The translations under genes were made by a program, and so were the position numbers. The notes beneath the pieces were generated by a model, which was given only the letters and a program-made list of their open reading frames with translations, was not told where the DNA came from and searched no databases. From Reclinomonas americana ATCC 50394 (Eukaryota), in assembly GCA_048213135.1 (NCBI GenBank), contig PS015192.1:110769-160706 (forward strand): 49,938 nucleotides of DNA. Direction: 5' to 3'. Of the stretch, positions 24,929-36,600 are shown one piece after another. Numbering within the stretch: the first letter of the stretch is position 1; each line of letters begins with the position of its first letter.

Positions 24929-25186
24929 ATGTCGAGAAACGAGAAGCGTGCGCAGGATGCGGCTGCTGGTTCCTTGGTCGGTGCAGCAGCCGGCTCTGCC
25001 TTCACGATTGCAACGGGAGGACTCGCTGCCCCAGCTGTGCCAGCTGCAACCAAGGCGGGAGCTGTAATCGGTGCTGGTGTCGGCGTGGTGCTCCACGAGA
25101 CCCAGCGTACTCGCCATCACATTGGGCAGTCTATCAACAAGTTCTTCACGGGCAGCAAGAAGGGACTGTTCACTGGTTGGAACTGA
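24929..25186 (+). CDS. Small intronless glycine-zipper protein (85 aa)
   Basis: MSRNEKRAQDAAAGSLVGAAAGSAFTIATGGLAAP...GAVIGAGVGVVL.... Repeated GxxxG motifs and a TATAAAA element at about 24838. Confidence 0.6.
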   Translation: MSRNEKRAQDAAAGSLVGAAAGSAFTIATGGLAAPAVPAATKAGAVIGAGVGVVLHETQRTRHHIGQSINKFFTGSKKGLFTGWN

Positions 25187-25497
25187 TCGATCTCCTGTGG
25201 TCATCGCCCGCTGTACTGCAGTTGTGCTCCCTTCCCCTCCCTGTAGATATGTCTCCCATCATGCGAAGTTTTTCCCCTTTCTCGATCGGTATCCAGATCT
25301 CTCTTTGTTGCTGATCGCATCGATCGATATATATCGACCGAACGTGATCGCAGTGTGTGCTTGAACTCCCTTCCCTTCCAAGCTGCGAATGTACTTGTGC
25401 ATGTTTTAAACGCCCTTGCGCTGTGCGACTGCAACGTCGACTTTGCGACGATCGACATCGACCTCGTCGACATCGATTCTCCCGATTCTTCTTGTCC

Positions 25498-27398
25498 ATG
25501 GAGAGCGCAAAGCGCCCAAAGCCCAAGCAGCAGGCCACACTGGCGGCATTCGGCATTTTGCCAGTGAAGAGCTCCTCCTCCTCTTCCTCCTCCTCTTCCT
25601 CCTCCACCACCACCACCACTGTGCGTGATGCTCCGCCGAGAGAGAAAGGAGGAGGTCGCGCACCATCGCAGTCCGTCGCCGCTCGAGCCGACCGCATTCG
25701 CCCAAGCGCGGCCAGTGCTGCTGCTGCCGGCGAGTCATCCGCATCATCAGCATCGTCTCCCAACAAAGACCTGATCGACATCTTATCGGAGCTCGCCGAC
25801 ATTGAGAAGAACAAGGGCGAGCGCTTCAAGATGGTGGCCTACAAGAAGGCGGCCACTGCACTCGCCGCACTGCCGACGCGTGTTGCCTCGGTGCGTCGCT
25901 GTTTGTTATTGGTGGTGATCCATTCCTTGTTTGTTGTCTCTGATGATCGCTCGTGTGCAGGGTGCCGAGGCGGCAAAGTTGCCTGGCATCGGCAAGAAGA
26001 TTGCCGAGAAGATCGACGAGATCCTCAAGACGGGTCACCTGCAAAAGTACGGCGTTGCTGCTCGTGCCTCGTTTCACGCACTGTCTGACCCCACTCACTC
26101 ACTCGTGTAGACTCGATCGAGAGCGCTCGGATTCCGAGGTGATTGCCACTCGTGAGCTGACGCGCGTGTACGGCATTGGTCCGGTGATGGCCAAGAAGCT
26201 GTTCGAGCGTGGCATCTGCACACTGGACGATCTGCGGCAGCACCGATCCACGCTCACCAAGCACCAACAGGTCCGTTTTTGTGGTGTTTTCGTGTCGCTT
26301 CTGCTTCTCTGTGCTGACGCACGCGCATAGATTGGTCTTGATCTGGTGGAGGAGTTTGAGGAGCGGATACCACGCGCAGAGATGCAGGTACTCGAGGCGG
26401 TCGTGCGCGAGGTGGCGAACAAGGTGTTGGGTGATGAGATCTTGGTGGAGAGTTGCGTGCGCCGTGCTCTTGTGAGGTCAGACTGCACCACAGTGACGCG
26501 TATTCCACGCCACAGTTTGCGGCTCGTACCGACGAGGAAAGGAGTCGAGCGGTGACATTGACGTGCTGCTGTCGCATCCGAGCATCCAATCGCAGGGTCG
26601 TCGAGTCGGCGGTGGGCACGGAGCGACGTCGATGTTGACGCGCATGGTCGACGCACTGCACCGACGCGGATTCGTCACGCACGATCTGACAGAGCGCGGC
26701 CCCAACAAGTACATGGGAGTGTGCATCAGACCAGAGGATCCCGAAAACCCCGACGAGCGACGCATTCACCGACGCATCGACAGTTGCGTGCTTGTTTACT
26801 ATGCAGCGGTCAGTCCTCGCTTGTTCACACTTTCTTCTGCAGTTCGACTTGTGCCCTACGATCGTGCGTCACCGCTTCTGCTGTGCTTGCTTTCACTGCA
26901 ACATATTCTTACATGTGGCGCAGAATTCTATCCGGCACTGCTGTACTTTACCGGCAGTGATGTTTCGTGTCACGCGTGTGTCTGTGAACAGTCGTCAGTC
27001 GCGCGTTGTTGATCATTTTCCCCACAGACCTTCAACGTCATGATGCGCAAGGTCGCACTGTCGCTCGGCATGACACTGAATGAGTATGCACTGGTGGGCA
27101 TCTTGTTTTCTTTCCAGTCTCTGTGACCCGCTGTTGACGTTGGTGTTATTCGTGGTGCAGTGCATGACGGACGAGAAGGGGCGCGCGACGGTGCGTTGTG
27201 CAGTCTCTCTTGATTCTGGTGACGATCTCATCCACCTTTCTTCACACGCAGGGCGAATGCTTGTCGGTGTCGAGTGAAGAGTTGCCTTAAACCCTTCACC
27301 ACTCTCCCTCTTGCCTCCTCATCTCTCTCACATTTTACCTGCGCAGAGACATTTTCCGACGCCTCGGCATGGAGTACGTGCCGCCCACCGACAGATGA
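25498..27398 (+). CDS. Family X DNA polymerase, Pol-beta-like (8-kDa lyase domain + polymerase domain, no BRCT), 11 exons
   Basis: [69 protein letters not shown] and [13 protein letters not shown]. All ten introns splice in frame. Confidence 0.95.
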
Positions 27399-27481
27399 GA
27401 GCGCCATTGAAAACATCACTGCGACTTTGTACTCTCACACATGCACACACACACACACACACCCATTCCTACCCCCCGACC

Positions 27482-29224
27482 TCATTCAACAGTGGTGGGA
27501 TCCCAGCAGAAATGCTGTCCCTCGTCGAGCTTGTCGACCTCGGCCAAGTCGTCGGCCGACAACTCAAAGTCCCACACATCAAAGTTCTGTGCAATGCGCT
27601 CGGCATTGCTGCTCCGCGGCAGCACCACTGTGCAAGCAGGGGAAGCAGTCAGCCTGCATGAACGATTGCATCTCTCTTTCTACGTCTCACTCACCGTTGC
27701 CTTGTTGGAGATTCCAGCGAATCAACACCTGCGCCACAGACTTGTGATGCTTCTTGGCAATGGCCTCCACTCCAGGCAGTGGTTCTGCCAGGAGCTGCAG
27801 CGCGGGGAGGGTGAGTTCAAAACGTGGACAGCAACGACGACAAACAGCAAATCACCTGCCCGATGCCGAGCGGTGAGTATGCCTCCACGAGAATGTTGTG
27901 TTCGTGGCAGTACGATACCAGTGGCCTGATCAAAGGGTGACAAGTGAGTTGTTTGAGGCAGAGAACGAGTGATGACGAAGTGCGTGCACAACTTTTGCGT
28001 CAGCTTCGGATGCAACTCGAACTGGTTGACGGCGGGTGCGATTGTGCACGAGGCCAGCAACTCGTCCAGGTGCTGCGGCTCAAAGTTGGAGACACCAATG
28101 GAGCGCGCACTGCACGAGGAGCCAGGTCAGTGTGCGCACCAACATGAAATCGCAACAACACACAACAGTACCGTCCACTGGCGTGAATCTCCTCCATCGC
28201 CGTCCACGTCTCGTTGCGCACCGTGGGAAGGTCCTTGCCACCAGGCGCCCTGCGACAATCACAGCGTGAGTGCTAAAAACGAGTGGCGAGGAGCATTTCG
28301 CAAGGAGACCACACACCGTCCACGCACACCTGCGCAGTGGAGAAATCAAGTGAGTGACTGCGCCAAAGGCAGCGTAGTTCGTGCCCCACTCACTCACCCG
28401 GCCAGTGCACCAAGTACAGATCCACATAATCCACGCCCAAGTTGCGCAGCGACTCATTGAAGGTCGAAATGGCCTTGTCATGCCTGCACGCAGCGGAAAT
28501 TCACCACTGGTCAGCCGTGCCCATTCCCTTCCTCACTGAGAACACGCACAGAGACACACACCCGTGACTCTGCGGCGGGAGCTTCGTGGTCAGGAAGATG
28601 TCCTCGCGGCGGAGGCCCGAATCTCGAATCGCACGGCCGACTGCGAGCTTGAAATAATGGGTCTCGGAACGAACTCCGACAACAACGACGACGCTGAAGA
28701 AGAGGAAGACTCACAGCGTACCTTCCGCCTCATTGCCATACACCCACGCCGTCTGGAAAAAACAAAAAAGAAACACATACATACATTCAAACACATGCGG
28801 AATATTAATCATGCGTGGACAAGTTAATCACGCCCACGCAACATCAATGTGGCGATAACCGACGCGCAGAGCAGCCGCCTGCGCCACACAATGAGGACAA
28901 CGCACGCACGACATGCTGACCAGGAGAGGCGAGAGAATAAAGGAGATTCGCACAATTATCTGTGTGTGTCTCTCTCTCACTCTTGACGCACCACTGCATC
29001 GTAGGCCGCATGACCAGTGATCTGCCACGTGCCGTGTCCCAGCACGGGGATGTCCACACGTTCCCGACCCGGAACGCGACTCGGAGTCGAAATCGACAAT
29101 GTCGGAGCTGAGGCAGCCTGTCACCAGAGAAGAGAGAGAGAAAAGAAAGAGGTGAGGTGAGGACAACGTCAGCACAAGAGCAAGAGTGAGAGAGGAGGAG
29201 AGAAGCGCGGCGCTGGCTCACCAT
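27482..29224 (-). CDS. Aldo-keto reductase, multi-exon
   Basis: [57 protein letters not shown] and FDFELSADD. Catalytic D, Y, K and H are present. Confidence 0.95.
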
Positions 29225-29283
29225 GAAACGCGAAAATGCAACGTGTCCTGCTAGGACGAGATATCCACCACAGAAGACGGGTC

Positions 29284-31910
29284 ATGAGAAGAGCTGCCTT
29301 GCTCTTGGCAGTGGCACTGGTGCTTATATGTCACAGTGCGCTTGCTGTTGGCCCGCCTGCGCCACCAGTGCAACAGCGAGTGCTGCGAGTTGCGTGTCTC
29401 TCTCATTCACGCGCGCGCTCTCTTTGCTCTCCACTGTCTCTGAGAGGTCACTGCGCAGTTCATTTCGCGACATGTGGCATCTGCGCGCACACTATGCGCC
29501 ACAGGACCACAACAGCGATTGCCATTGTCTGCGCCACAATCGTGGAGACAACGACAGGTTGAGTGTCGCTCTTCTCTCCCTCTCTCACACACACACACTC
29601 TCCCTCACACACACGTTTGTGCACTGGCAGATGGGTAGTGGTGCAGTGGTGCATGAGGTGACTGCGCAGTTGGGCGACTCGCTGGCGCAGGTGACTGTGG
29701 CGCAGATAGGGCGCGAATACGATGCGCCGTTGGAGTTTGTCGCACTCGATGCGGGAGGTGTGAGCGATGTGTGTCTGTTGCCAGCGGTGCACGTGGATGC
29801 TCGTGAGGGCGAGGAGGAGGACGAGGAGGATCTGCTCTTGCTTGCGGAAGAGGTCGTGAGTGAAGAAGAGGAAGATGACCAGGAGGAGGAGGAGGAGGAT
29901 GATGCAGAAGAGGAGGATGTGGTGGCAGCAGAGGAGCAGGTGTTGGGCGCGCATCCGTGCACGTGGGGTCCGTCGTATTGGTGCGCGTCGAGTGATAATG
30001 GAGCGCGCTGCGGAGGCGGCTTTGAGAAGCTGTGCGAGCGATATCGGCAGGGACTTGACACGAAGGAGGACGCCACGAGTGAGCTGGACCGGCGGCGAAG
30101 CAAACTCGGGTGGCAGTCGCACTCGGTGACCTCGCCACTCGTTGCTGGAGGTGTGTGTGTGCGGCATCTGTGACTTGCATGCCTGTGTTGTTGAGCTCAT
30201 GTGGTTGTTGGGCAGATGCCGAGGCCTACGTTGCTGGTGTGTGTGCGGACAACTCTCTCCATGGTGCAGCAGAGCTTCTTGCCTCATTCTGTTCTCCTTC
30301 CAACAGTACCACCACCCACCGCGGCCTGCTCGCTCAAGTGTGTGAACGGCGGCACACTGCAAGCAGACAAGTGCCAGTGCCAGTGCCAACACGGCTTCGC
30401 GGGTGCCGATTGTGGATTCCAGCCGTGCAAGCGCACGTGCAAGAACGGCAGCACACTCGATGCCGATCACTGTGTGTGCAAGTGCAATGCGCACTTTGTC
30501 GGCCGCTCGTGCAGTCGACCTCGTTGCGTTGTGTTGTGTTGTGATTTCCTTGCTCGTCATTGGTGATTTACGCCGTCTTCCCAAATAAAACAGAGTGCGA
30601 ACTGGACTGCGCCGCGGGAACCGTCGATCGCGACACGTGCACGTGCAAGTGTCCACCGAACCGCATGGGTCGCCGCTGCGACTACGAACGTGCGTCTCGC
30701 TTGGGTACCAACTCGCGCACAGCCGGCGCCAACTGATTATTCTCTTGTGCAGAATGCTCTGTCCAGTGTCTGCATGGCCAGCTCGACGCCGACAAGTGCG
30801 CGTGTGTGTGCGACGCCGGTTTTGAGGGCACGCAATGCGAGAAACCCAAGAGCGGTGTGTGTTTGCCTGCCTATGGCGATGGTTTCGTCAATGTACTCAC
30901 ACCACCATCGTCATGCAGGCACCGGGTATGTCGAGCACTCGAAGAAGAGCATTCGTGGTGTGGACTTTGCGTGCCCCTCGTCGGCGTGGGCCGGCGACGG
31001 CCAGTGCTGGGTGGCTGCAGCGCAGGAGGCCGACACCATTCGCACTGCGCGTCTGTTGTGCAACGCAATTGAGAACTGTCGAGGATTCGTCGTCACTGGC
31101 GGTGCGCTCGTCCTCCTCCTTCTTCTTCTTCTTACGTGTCCATTGAGCTCACTTTCTGCTCGATTTCAGTGGCAAGTGGCAAGACATGGGCGATTCTGCT
31201 TGCCGCGCCTGGAATTCTGGTCGACGACAATCGTGTGCGGTCATTCATCAAGGAATGCAACCTGAAGTGCAAGGACTGCGTGGTCGACAATTTCCGGTGT
31301 CGCTGTTGCGTGCACATGCGCTGTGTGTTATTGACTGCTCGTCGCTCTACATCTCAATCTTCCTGCACGCAGGCCCATGCAAGGACGGCAGCGACGGCAT
31401 TCAATGCAACGGATCAGGTCAGTCATATTGGTTCTCTCTCTCTCTTTTCCCTCTTCCCTCTCACCCGTCTCATCCGTCTCGCCCGCGCAGCCGAGCCACC
31501 AATATTCTACCTGCCCGACTTGCCGCGCACACCGAAGGTGCTGTTGAAGCACTCGGAGAACTACCGCCAGTACGCCGAATCGACGCTGGTGGCGGTCCCC
31601 AAGACCGACATGAAATGCCCCAATCTGGCGCAGTCGCGTGACGGCACGTGTTGGTTCAGCACTCGCGACGAGCACACGGCCAAGCGGCAGGGTGCTTACA
31701 TTTGCAATCACATGAAGGAATGCCTCGGGTACACCGTCACTGGCAGTTGCGTCTTGCACGACACAGCGTCGCGTCGCAAATCGATTGACGACTCACTCTC
31801 TCCGCTGCTGCATCACAGGCGAAGTTCGCCTGTACGGCGAGGGTGCCACGGGCGAACCAGCAGTGGATTCCGACTCATTCATTAAGTTGCAAGCGGTGGA
31901 GAACGAGTAA
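29284..31910 (+). CDS. Secreted cysteine-rich protein: acidic linker, saposin A-type domain, tandem EGF-like repeats and two PAN-like Cys modules
   Basis: Signal peptide MRRAALLLAVALVLICHSALA. LGAHPCTWGPSYWC (SapA). EGF-like CVNGGTL..KCQCQCQHGFAGADC, CKNGSTL..HCVCKCNAHFVGRSC and CLHGQLDADKCACVCDAGFEGTQC. Duplicated LCNAIENCRGF / ICNHMKECLGY. Confidence 0.8.
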
Positions 31911-32044
31911 AAAAAGCCAGCAGGCACACTTGTGTATAAATTACAGGACCAAAACAACAGGTGATGTGATAAGAGAAACAAAAAAACAAACAAACAGGCA
32001 AAACCACGCTCCATGAGCAACACACAGCATCATCCTCATCGTCA

Positions 32045-34341
32045 TCATCTGGCGGTGCGCATTGCACTGGCACGTCCACTGGGCGCACTGCTGGAATTTC
32101 CCGACGCTGCCGCCGTCGCCATGCCCGTGATTGGAATGATTTCACTGGTACACGAAAAAACACACACAGCGATGTGGTGAGACGACAACACAGAAGGGGA
32201 GGCGAATGGAGCAGGTACGCAACTCGGCAAACGAATCCGGTGAATTGACACGCATGTTGGGCGACAAGCCGCGGCCACTGCGGATAGTTCGCGATGAGAC
32301 AAATATTATGTGCTCTCTCAAAGAGTGTGCGTACGCAACGAGGCACGCGATTCGGGTCGCCGATTGGGTGCAATGGGCGACACAGCGATCTGTGCGGCGC
32401 CGCCAGCTTGCGGCGAAATCACCACATCCTGACCGGCGACATAAATGTTACCGTCCTTGCCCTGGATGCGCTGCTGCGTGTGAATCACACGTGGTGACAC
32501 GGGTGCCTCGTCGCTCTTTGGTTGCGGGCTGGTGGTGCGCGCCGACGGTTCGTTCTCACCGCCGCTGTAGTACGTGTCATACACACCCATGCGCTGCTTG
32601 CGGAAGAGCGGCGACGACCTGTGGAGACATGAATGAGACAACTGCCCGGGCACGTGCGCGCACTCTCTCTCTCTCTCCCCAACGCCAACCACACACCGAT
32701 CAAATGGCGGGTTGTTGGTGACTGGTGCGGTGAAGAGCGACATGTCGGGCTGCGTCTGCGACTCGCGACGGCGTGAGCCGGCCGAGCGCGGTCGCCCACT
32801 GGAACTACGAGCACTCGAGTCTCGTGCGCTGTGCTGCACGCGCGCATACGCACCGAGAACCAGCGGCGACGGTGGCAAGCGACCCATGGCGCCAGGTGCG
32901 TTGAGGTTGGGATCGACCAGCTGCGGTGCCGAGCGTTGGCACACCAGGCACTTGTACCGCAGTGCCGATGCTGCGCACAACAAACCAATTCAGCACACTA
33001 CAGAGAGAGAGTGCCGCTTGACGGGGGGAGCACAAACCATCGGGCGACTCATTCAACGAGGTGTCGAGCGTCTTGGCCTCCGACAGGCGCTTGGCCAGCA
33101 GGCGCACCTCGCCCTTGTCGGCCTTGGTATCGCGCAGCTCGCCGACATTGGCATCGAGCGTGCGCAGACGAATGCCGACATCCGGCGGCGGCATGTTCGC
33201 CAAAATGTGATCCACCACCTCCCGATCCGCCTTGCGATCCAGCAGCTCCGCATCACCCTTCAGCGCTAACTCCTTCTCCATCTCATCACGCTCAGCCTTG
33301 CGCGCCAGCTCCGCCTTGAGCTTCTCCACCAGCTGCGGAATGTTGCCGAGCATCTCCAGGTGCTTGAACACCTGCTCGAGGATGCGCTGCTCCAGATCGG
33401 CCACCGTCGCATCCATGTCGTCGCAGCTGACCTTGCCGCCGAGACGCACCAGCAACGAGTGGAACGCCGGCAACGAGTGCGTGTAGGCCACCGCAGCCGC
33501 ATTGGAGCCAGGCGGCAGCGTTCCATCATCGTCAGCATCGCCTCCGGGACGACGACCGCGTTGAATGGCCTGCACGCCGAAAAAATGAGCGCCAAAGACC
33601 AATCCATGAACGAAGAGAGAGATATCGAACCTGGTCGGCTTTCTGCACATTAACGCCCAGCATATCGACCAGCACCCGGGTCTGCATCTCCGTGGCCTCC
33701 TCCTGTCGCTGCAACGCCGACAACGAGTCCTTTTGCTGACCCACCGCAGCGCGAAGCTGCACACAAGTAGTACACGNNNNNNNNNNNNNNNNNNNNNNNN
33801 NNNNNNNNNNNNNNNNNNNNNNNNNNNNNNNNNNNNNNNNNNNNNNNNNNNNNNNNNNNNNNNNNNNNNNNNNNNNNNNNNNNNNNNNNNNNNNNNNNNN
33901 NNNNNNNNNNNNNNNNNNNNNNNNNNNNNNNNNNNNNNNNNNNNNCCAGTTAGCACGAATCATGCATCACAATGACAGACAGAGAGAAGAGAGACCTCCT
34001 CCAGTTGCGCGGCAAGTGCCTCCTCTGCTCGCGCCACACGCTCCTCCAGCTGCTCATGTGTGGGTCCCCCCGCGGCCGCCAACAGCGCGGCCGCCTGTCG
34101 CGACACGGCCTCGGCGGCCTCCACGCGCTGCGACAGTGACTCGATCTGTGCCGACTGTTGCCGGATCAACTCCAGCATGGCATTCAGTGTGGTCTCCAGT
34201 GACCCCGAGTTGATCTGGATGTGGAGAGAGGTATGAGGGAGAGAGTCGCTCAGGAATTTCGAGGAAACACCCCGCCACTTCTCGCACCTGCACGAGGTTG
34301 GAGGTGGTGATCTTGAAGCTCATTGCGCCTGTTGCCGCCAT
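32045..34341 (-). CDS. Coiled-coil protein with a C-terminal KCLVCQR knuckle and GKDGNIY motif (DUF4795/QRICH2-like), multi-exon
   Basis: Heptad exons with repeated KAE/KAD units (LARKAERDE, LDRKADRE, DTKADKGE), then ALRYKCLVCQR and IQGKDGNIYVAG. The family link is from motif memory only. Confidence 0.6.
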
Positions 34342-34798
34342 TGTTGCGCAATGACACAGAGAGGNNNNNNNNNNNNNNNNNNNNNNNNNNNNNNNNNNNN
34401 NNNNNNNNNNNNNNNNNNNNNNNNNNNNNNNNNNNNNNNNNNNNNNNNNNNNNNNNNNNNNNNNNNNNNNNNNNNNNNNNNNNNNNNNNNNNNNNNNNNN
34501 NNNNNNNNNNNNNNNNNNNNNNNNNNNNNNNNNNNNNNNNNNNNNNNNNNNNNNNNNNNNNNNNNNNNNNNNNNNNNNNNNNNNNNNNNNNNNNNNNNNN
34601 NNNNTGACTGGCAACGAAGAGTGGTTTTATCGACGTCGCAGGACTTTGTGATTGATGATTAACTCACTTGTCGCAACAGCGCTACCCTCAGGCGTTCTCA
34701 CAGACACTCTTTTGCGCTGTTTCAATCGCTGGATCACCAGCGCTCGACAAGAGCACGAACGCTGCACAACGCGACGTCGAGACCAAAACGTCGCGCGA

Positions 34799-35327
34799 TC
34801 ACTCATTCACTCGTCTCTCTCCTCCATTGTCTTCTCTTCTCCTCTTTGCCGGTTTCACAGGTCGCGATGCTGCTCTCCCCTCCACAGTATGTCCTGCGTC
34901 ACTGCTAGCTGCTGTTGTTGTCGAAGTTGTCGTTGTGACAGTGGTGGTGTTTGTCGACGGGCGCGGCAACGACGGGTCGTCCATGCGCTGGCGATTGTTG
35001 ACTACGCCACGGTAGAGGAACCACAGCTGGAACTGTGAGCGAGCGTGAGTGTGAGCGAGTGAGAGACAAAGAGGAGCAAAACGCAACGCCAATGAAGAGC
35101 CCAAAGGCCACCCACAAGCCCACATTCGACCGCGGGTTGTAGATGGTGCGCTGCAGCGGAGGCGAGCGCATTGCCTCCTTGCCTCCTCTCTCCACGCAGC
35201 AACGAGAGCACAACGGATGAACGGATTGTGTGAAAGATCGATCGTGAATGGAAGACGAGCGACCGCGCCTTCCACCCGTTTTCGACCAACTGGCGGCCGG
35301 TTGCGGCGCCGCCACTGTCGGCTTCAT
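34799..35327 (-). CDS. Small single-pass membrane protein
   Basis: ...NVGLWVAFGLFIG|FQLWFLYRG joined by a phase-0 intron, followed by a Thr-rich tail. The first exon border is uncertain. Confidence 0.5.
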
Positions 35328-35590
35328 CGCCGCACGCAGCGCATGGAAGGTGACGCAGACAACAAACAACAAAAGCAACGCATCTCAGTCTCTCTCACTG
35401 TCTCACACTGCAGCCTCCTCGTGCCACTGCCACGCGCCTCCTTCTCACCACCGGCGCCGGTGTCTCAGGCGCTCTCCTCGGCGCCCTCGCCACTCCTCTG
35501 TTCCTCTCCGCCGCACAACACGCATTCTACACCTCCAAGTCCATTGCCTACAATCTGCTGAGACCAACCAAATGAACGCACTCTTTACAA

Positions 35591-36553
35591 ATGGCCACAC
35601 GCGCAGGTGTGCTTCGACTCGTCGCAGTAGCAGCTGCACTGCTCCTCCTAGCCGCGGCGGTGACGTCAGCAGTGGATGAGGGCNNNNNNNNNNNNNNNNN
35701 NNNNNNNNNNNNNNNNNNNNNNNNNNNNNNNNNNNNNNNNNNNNNNNNNNNNNNNNNNNNNNNNNNNNNNNNNNNNNNNNNNNNNNNNNNNNNNNNNNNN
35801 NNNNNNNNNNNNNNNNNNNNNNNNNNNNNNNNNNNNNNNNNNNNNNNNNNNNNNNNNNNNNNNNNNNNNNNNNNNNNNNNNNNNNNNNNNNNNNNNNNNN
35901 NNNNNNNNNNNNNNNNNNNNNNNNNNNNNNNNNNNNNNNNNNNNNNNNNNNNNNNNNNNNNNNNNNNNNNNNNNNNNNNNNNNNNNNNNNNNNNNNNNNN
36001 NNNNNNNNNNNNNNNNNNNNNNNNNNNNNNNNNNNNNNNNNNNNNNNNNNNNNNNNNNNNNNNNNNNNNNNNNNNNNNNNNNNNNNNNNNNNNNNNNNNN
36101 NNNNNNNNNNNNNNNNNNNNNNNNNNNNNNNNNNNNNNNNNNNNNNNNNNNNNNNNNNNNNNNNNNNNNNNNNNNNNNNNNNNNNNNNNNNNNNNNNNNN
36201 NNNNNNNNNNNNNNNNNNNNNNNNNNNNNNNNNNNNNNNNNNNNNNNNNNNNNNNNNNNNNNNNNNNNNNNNNNNNNNNNNNNNNNNNNNNNNNNNNNNN
36301 NNNNNNNNNNNNTCGTAGGTCTGCTGCGGCTCGGTGCCATTGATCACGCGGTACATGACCCCGTTGGGGTCGAACAGGCGCACCTACGAATCAATGCGTG
36401 TGTGAGAGAGGGAGAGGGAGCGGGAGAGAGCGAGAGGGAGGGAGGGAGAGCAGTGTGTGTGCGTGAGAATGTGTCTGCATCTGTCTCCAGATGCACTTGC
36501 GTTGCTCTTTGTTGGCAAGGGTGTGTGTGTATGTATGTATGTATGTATGTATG

Positions 36554-36600
<47 letters not shown>

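Noticed and set aside
25498-27398. Non-canonical genetic code or non-GT-AG introns to explain broken ORFs
   Set aside because: All breaks I examined resolve with GT-AG introns, and TGA, TAA and TAG all serve as terminal stops in this window.
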